63,547 nucleotides of DNA, taken from assembly GCA_949511925.1 (NCBI GenBank), contig CATEYX010000055.1:1-63547 (forward strand). Reading direction: 5' to 3'. Of the stretch, positions 59,299-63,547 are shown piece after piece (within the stretch, counting starts at the first letter, position 1; every line of letters begins with the position of its first letter). Made by a program: the position numbers and the translations under genes. Below the pieces are notes generated by a model. It ran no database searches, had not been told where the DNA came from, and worked only from the letters and a program-made list of their open reading frames with translations. The stretch is from Cryomorphaceae bacterium. GTDB taxonomy: Bacteria; Bacteroidota; Bacteroidia; Flavobacteriales; BACL11.

Positions 59299-61388
59299 TA
59301 GGCCAATTCCAATTTAATTAGACTTCCTTTAAAGAACCTATTTCCTTTTGAAATTGATTGAGATTGAACCGAACCACTTCCCGTAATTTCTACAACTAAA
59401 CCGTACGATTCTAACAAGTAAATAGCATCTTGAATTGCCATTCCTCTTAAATCAGGCATATTGCCATTCCTCAAATCTCTTTCTATTTTTCTAACTTCTA
59501 ATGACACCTGTGTTTTTGTAGTACTAGCAACCATCCACTGCTCATCTGATACGATTCTATTTATATCAAAATTTGCTAATACATTATTTGCATCCTCAAC
59601 ATGTCCATGCTTCACTTTAGGTAAACTTACCATCACATCTGACTGCTGCAAAGCTTTATGAATACTCATATCAGAAGCATATACCTTGTCAGCCAATTCC
59701 TTAAATATAGGAGCCGCAACCGAACCTCCATAATGTCCATTTTCTCTAGGATTATTTATCACTACTATGCAAGAGTACCTTGGGTTATCGGCAGGAAAGA
59801 AACCAGCAAAAGAAGCTTGATATTCCTTTTCCTCACCTTCAGCTCTATTATTAAAATTAATTACTGTTGTTCCTGTTTTTCCAGCAATCAGATAATTACT
59901 TGTTCTGATATTTCTAGCTGTTCCCTCTTCAACCACACCAATTAGTAAAGGTATTACCGTTTTAATTGTAGACTTTGAACAAATTGCAGGGTTTATCACC
60001 TGGGTAGCATGCTTTTCAATTATTTGTCCGTCACGACTAATAGCAGATGTAAAAATTGGCTTCACCATTTTCCCTTGATTTGCTATAGCGTTGTAAAAGG
60101 TAAGCATATGTATTGGTGTCAACTGCATTTCATATCCTATCGACATCCAAGGAAGTGTAACCCCTGACCAACCTCCCTTGTTAGGAATAGGGGATTTTAA
60201 ATTATTAGGAAAAGGCAACTCCAATTCCAAAGGAGTGCTCAACCCCATCTTATAAATTCTATCAGTAAATGCAGTAGGATTACTTTTATAGTTGTCAAAA
60301 ATGATACGAGAAATACCAACATTAGAGGAATTTATAAATGCATTCTTAATTGTGATATTATCATATACTTCTAATTTAGAATCTATCATCACTCTATCAT
60401 AGAAAGTAAATTTTCCACCATAAATTCTGACAGAATCTTCAACTTTAAAAAACCCATCTTCTAAACCTGCAATTACTGAAGCTAGCTTGAATGTTGAACC
60501 TGGAGAAACATGTTTTGCCATAGCGTAATTGAAGTTTTCTCTCACACTACCATCTTCTTGTTTTTTAAGATTCGCAATCACTTTCACTTCACCAGTAGCA
60601 ACTTCCATCAATACCACACAACCCCAATCGGCATTGTTATTAATAAGCGTATTTTCCAATGCTTTTTCTGCCACATCTTGCATATCAGTATTAATGGTGG
60701 TTACTACATTATTCCCTGCTCTAGGTAATCTATTACTTTCAGCATCTTGTGGCACCCAAATTCCTTTTGCAATTTTTCTTTTAAGATGTATCCCATCAAC
60801 ACCTGAAAGAGTTTGATTAAATGCTCTTTCAATTCCCACAGGATTAACACCTCTTAACACGCCTACTGTCCTTTGAGCTAACAAGCCAAATGGCTTTTCT
60901 CTATTTGGTCTTTGCTCTGCAATTAAGCCTCCTTTATTTTGCCCCAATTTAAGGATTGGCATTTTCTTCAAGGCATTTAGCTCATTGTGAGTTACCTTAT
61001 TTTGCAACAAAATATATTTGTTCTTTTTAGCTTCTTTTGAATTCCGCAGAAACAATTCATATTCCGCAGGAGTTTTATTTTCAAATAGCTGAGCTAACAA
61101 AACAGAAAGCTCAGTAACATCCGAATTAAATAAAGTTTTATTCATCACACTCATATCCAAACGCACATCATAAAGCGGCATAGAAATTGCCAGTAAAGCA
61201 CCATCATCAGCAATGATATTTCCTCTTGGCGCTTCAACTGTAAAATATCTTGGCTGACTGCTTGTATTAATGGCTACACTAAACTGCTGAACTTTTACAA
61301 TTTTAGCAAATACACCAAATGCAATAAACACTATAACCAGGTAAAGCCCCGTTATTCTATTGTTAGTGTTTTTTACTTTATTAATCAT
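59298..61388 (-). CDS. ftsI: Penicillin-binding protein 3 / FtsI transpeptidase with a C-terminal PASTA-like domain
   Basis: One N-terminal TM helix and a PBP dimerisation domain. Motifs SPGSTFK (SxxK), SSN and KTGT. The C-terminal ~60 aa (MPDLRGMAIQDAIYLLESYGLVVEITGSG) are PASTA-like. Confidence 0.93.
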   Translation of the reverse strand: MINKVKNTNNRITGLYLVIVFIAFGVFAKIVKVQQFSVAINTSSQPRYFTVEAPRGNIIADDGALLAISMPLYDVRLDMSVMNKTLFNSDVTELSVLLAQLFENKTPAEYELFLRNSKEAKKNKYILLQNKVTHNELNALKKMPILKLGQNKGGLIAEQRPNREKPFGLLAQRTVGVLRGVNPVGIERAFNQTLSGVDGIHLKRKIAKGIWVPQDAESNRLPRAGNNVVTTINTDMQDVAEKALENTLINNNADWGCVVLMEVATGEVKVIANLKKQEDGSVRENFNYAMAKHVSPGSTFKLASVIAGLEDGFFKVEDSVRIYGGKFTFYDRVMIDSKLEVYDNITIKNAFINSSNVGISRIIFDNYKSNPTAFTDRIYKMGLSTPLELELPFPNNLKSPIPNKGGWSGVTLPWMSIGYEMQLTPIHMLTFYNAIANQGKMVKPIFTSAISRDGQIIEKHATQVINPAICSKSTIKTVIPLLIGVVEEGTARNIRTSNYLIAGKTGTTVINFNNRAEGEEKEYQASFAGFFPADNPRYSCIVVINNPRENGHYGGSVAAPIFKELADKVYASDMSIHKALQQSDVMVSLPKVKHGHVEDANNVLANFDINRIVSDEQWMVASTTKTQVSLEVRKIERDLRNGNMPDLRGMAIQDAIYLLESYGLVVEITGSGSVQSQSISKGNRFFKGSLIKLELA

Positions 61389-61713
61389 TTCTTATTTCAA
61401 TAATGACTGGTGGAGCTAAAGATGTAGCAAGGCCTTTATCTGAAACAATTTCTTCAATAACTGACCGTCTATACATACTCATCAAGTCCGACTTTGTAGT
61501 TATATAAACCAAACGCAAATCAGCAACCTCTTTTTCTAAAGAGATAGATTCTTTCAGTAAGTGCTCGGCACGAAAAGAAATTCTTATGTTCAACAAGATT
61601 AACAACACAATAAATAATAAAAATGGGATGTATTTTTGATTTCCCAGATCAGCAATAAACTCACCTTTCAAAATAGAAAGCAATGAATTTGTATTTTCTT
61701 TCACAACACTCAT
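61381..61713 (-). CDS. ftsL: FtsL-like small bitopic cell-division protein
   Basis: 110 aa with a single TM helix (IPFLLFIVLLILLNI) followed by a coiled coil. Lies between rsmH and ftsI. Confidence 0.7.
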   Translation of the reverse strand: MSVVKENTNSLLSILKGEFIADLGNQKYIPFLLFIVLLILLNIRISFRAEHLLKESISLEKEVADLRLVYITTKSDLMSMYRRSVIEEIVSDKGLATSLAPPVIIEIRND

Positions 61714-62619
61714 TTATCCTTTTTCGGCTATTCGTAGTTTTGCACTTCTAGCTCTCGAGTTTTCCGTTATCTGTTCTTTAGTTGCTACCATTACTTTTCG
61801 AGTTACTTCTTTTAAATCTTTAATCGGATTCCCAAAAAAATCTTTTTCCAAGACTCCTTCAATATTCCCTTTTTTCATTAAATTTTTAACCATTCTATCC
61901 TCTAAAGAGTGATATGACATTACGACTAAACGACCTCCCTCATTCAACATATCTACAGCATCCAAAAGCATTTCTTCCAAAGCCTTCATCTCGTCATTCA
62001 CCTCAATACGGATAGCTTGAAAAATACGCGCTAAAAACTGATTTCTATTTTTCTCAGGAACTATATGCCCTACTACTTCAATTAATTGATTGGTAGTAAC
62101 AATAGTTTCAATTTCTCTTGCGTTTACAATTTCTCTTGCAATAGCTCTTGAATTTCTGAGCTCACCATATTTAAATAAGATATTGGCTAAATCCTGCTGA
62201 CCATATTCATTCACCACCTGTTTTGCTGACAAAGGAGAATTTATATTCATTCGCATATCCAACTCTCCATCAAAACGAATAGAGAAGCCTCTTTCCGCAA
62301 CATCAAACTGATGAGAAGAAACACCCAAATCTGCTAATAAACCATCAATTTTACGCACCCCTTCCATTCTTAAAAAATTCTTTAGATGTCTAAAATTGGC
62401 ATTTATCAATTTAAACCCATCTCCTAACAAAGCGTTTTCATGAGCATTTTTATCCTGATCAAAAGCATATAATTTACCTCCGTCAAGATTTTTTAGAATT
62501 AATTTAGAATGTCCGCCACCACCAAAAGTAACATCAACATAAATCCCTGTAGGCTTAATGTCTAACCCTTCAATACATTCGTTTAATAATACTGGATTAT
62601 GATATTCCATCCGACTCAT
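61714..62619 (-). CDS. rsmH: 16S rRNA (cytosine1402-N4)-methyltransferase
   Basis: YHNPVLLNE, DVTFGGGGHS, DLGVSS.Q.D and SYHSLEDR. Confidence 0.96.
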   Translation of the reverse strand: MSRMEYHNPVLLNECIEGLDIKPTGIYVDVTFGGGGHSKLILKNLDGGKLYAFDQDKNAHENALLGDGFKLINANFRHLKNFLRMEGVRKIDGLLADLGVSSHQFDVAERGFSIRFDGELDMRMNINSPLSAKQVVNEYGQQDLANILFKYGELRNSRAIAREIVNAREIETIVTTNQLIEVVGHIVPEKNRNQFLARIFQAIRIEVNDEMKALEEMLLDAVDMLNEGGRLVVMSYHSLEDRMVKNLMKKGNIEGVLEKDFFGNPIKDLKEVTRKVMVATKEQITENSRARSAKLRIAEKG

Positions 62620-63073
62620 TTTGGGGCTGATTTCCCATCACATCCTCAGCCAGATTTCCAAAGTCTACTAATGTCTCGGCTACAGAAGCCTCATACTTAT
62701 CTTTATCCCAAATTTCAATCATATTTACTGAGGATGACAATACCAACTCTTTATGCAAACCAGCAAAGCCATATAAATCTTTAGGAATTAAAAATCGTCC
62801 AGTACTGTCCACATCCACTACCTTTAAACCTGACATGTACGATCTTATAAAATCATTATTCTTTTTAACAAAACGATTCAACTTACTGACTTGAGCAACT
62901 ACTTTCTCCCATTCTGACATAGGGTGTATCTCCAGGCATTTATTGAAAACCGACCTTTTAATCACAAATCCATCTCCCAACACATTTTTCAATTGCTTTT
63001 TCAGGGCAGCAGGAAACATCACACGCCCTTTGGCATCTGCTTTACATTCGTATGTCCCTATTACATTTATCAC
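62597..63073 (-). CDS. mraZ: Transcriptional regulator MraZ
   Basis: Two SpoVT/AbrB-like halves, each with a D.KGR..(I/F)P motif (DAKGRVMFP, DSTGRFLIP). GTG start at 63073. Confidence 0.9.
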   Translation of the reverse strand: MINVIGTYECKADAKGRVMFPAALKKQLKNVLGDGFVIKRSVFNKCLEIHPMSEWEKVVAQVSKLNRFVKKNNDFIRSYMSGLKVVDVDSTGRFLIPKDLYGFAGLHKELVLSSSVNMIEIWDKDKYEASVAETLVDFGNLAEDVMGNQPQNESDGIS

Positions 63074-63114
63074 TTTATTTTACTTTGAATCTGGGTGCTA
63101 ATATATGCATAAAT

Positions 63115-63161
63115 CCCACTTTATCCCACTCTACACCACTTTGTTGATAACTTAACCCACT
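63115..63161 (-). promoter_or_regulatory. Candidate MraZ operator: phased direct repeats AGTGG(G/T) upstream of mraZ
   Basis: On the plus strand, CCCACT at 63115 and 63125 and ACCACT at 63135 are spaced exactly 10 bp apart. A fourth CCCACT at 63156 is 21 bp further on. The repeats lie 42-88 nt upstream of the mraZ start. Confidence 0.6.
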
Positions 63162-63245
63162 AACTACTATTTTCACTGTATTCCCTTCTAGACATTGCGG
63201 TTAACAAATATTTTCGTTTCTTTGTAGATTAAAATCAGAACTCAT

Positions 63246-63547
63246 ATGGTTAAGGAAGAAGGGAAATTCAAATGGCTTGAAGAAGGTGACGGAGGGAAAC
63301 CTATTATACTATTACATGGTTTAATGGGTGGGGTTGAGAACTTTGGTGAGATGGTTGATTTTATCTCTGAAGAATACAAAGTTTACGGTTTGGACCTAAA
63401 ACTTTTTGAAGGAAGTATCCTTAAAGTTTCTGTAAAATCCTTAAGCGATTACTTATACGAATTTATGAATCACCTTGGACTTTCATCAGCAATATTGCTT
63501 GGGAATTCAATGGGAGGACATATTGCTCTTATCTTTTCAAAAGAATA
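63246..63547 (+). CDS. Partial (N-terminal) alpha/beta-fold hydrolase
   Basis: ATG at 63246. PIILLHGLMGG (oxyanion HG motif) and GNSMGGHIAL (nucleophile elbow GxSxG). The frame runs off the 3' window edge. Confidence 0.8.
   Translation, partial: MVKEEGKFKWLEEGDGGKPIILLHGLMGGVENFGEMVDFISEEYKVYGLDLKLFEGSILKVSVKSLSDYLYEFMNHLGLSSAILLGNSMGGHIALIFSKE

Overview
AT-rich chromosomal segment that looks like Bacteroidota, probably Flavobacteriia-like. Support: a gldKLMN type IX secretion (T9SS) core, T9SS C-terminal sorting domains, TAnnTTTG-type promoter boxes, and a dcw cluster with no murF or ddl. I call 53 protein-coding genes, two of them truncated by the window edges. I saw no rRNA, tRNA, CRISPR array, transposase or integrase.

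Layout:
- 1-10.0 kb: two divergently transcribed secreted surface proteins. One is a partial Cys-rich repeat protein. The other is a 2306-aa SprB-repeat/GEVED adhesin with a type-A T9SS sorting domain, followed by an internally duplicated TPR/SPOR-like protein.
- 10.0-29.9 kb: one tightly packed, 18-gene, minus-strand glycan locus made of two complete Wzx/Wzy units. The upstream unit is PglF/PglE/PglC-like, with Ugd, a Wzz-like protein and three poorly characterised ORFs. The downstream unit resembles teichoic acid synthesis: a GpsA-TagD fusion, TagB/F-like and TagA/WecG-like enzymes, a WcaJ-like initiating transferase and a Wzi-like outer-membrane protein.
- 30.1-35.7 kb: porP/sprF-gldK-gldL-gldM-gldN.
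- 35.8-45.7 kb: housekeeping genes (arginase-fold protein, topA, miaB, a sensor-less sigma-54 activator, lptE, secG, groES/groEL).
- 45.7-47.9 kb: a tandem array of four paralogous small membrane proteins that share a nearly identical signal-peptide cassette.
- 48.0-63.1 kb: the dcw cluster, mraZ through ftsZ, with phased MraZ-type operator repeats.
- 63.2 kb to the end: a partial alpha/beta hydrolase.

The best candidates for something new are the teichoic-acid-like glycerophosphate glycan unit with its GpsA-TagD fusion, the placement of the double glycan locus directly beside the T9SS core, and the small-protein paralog array.

All family assignments come from reading motifs in the translated ORFs by eye. 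No database search or computation was run.
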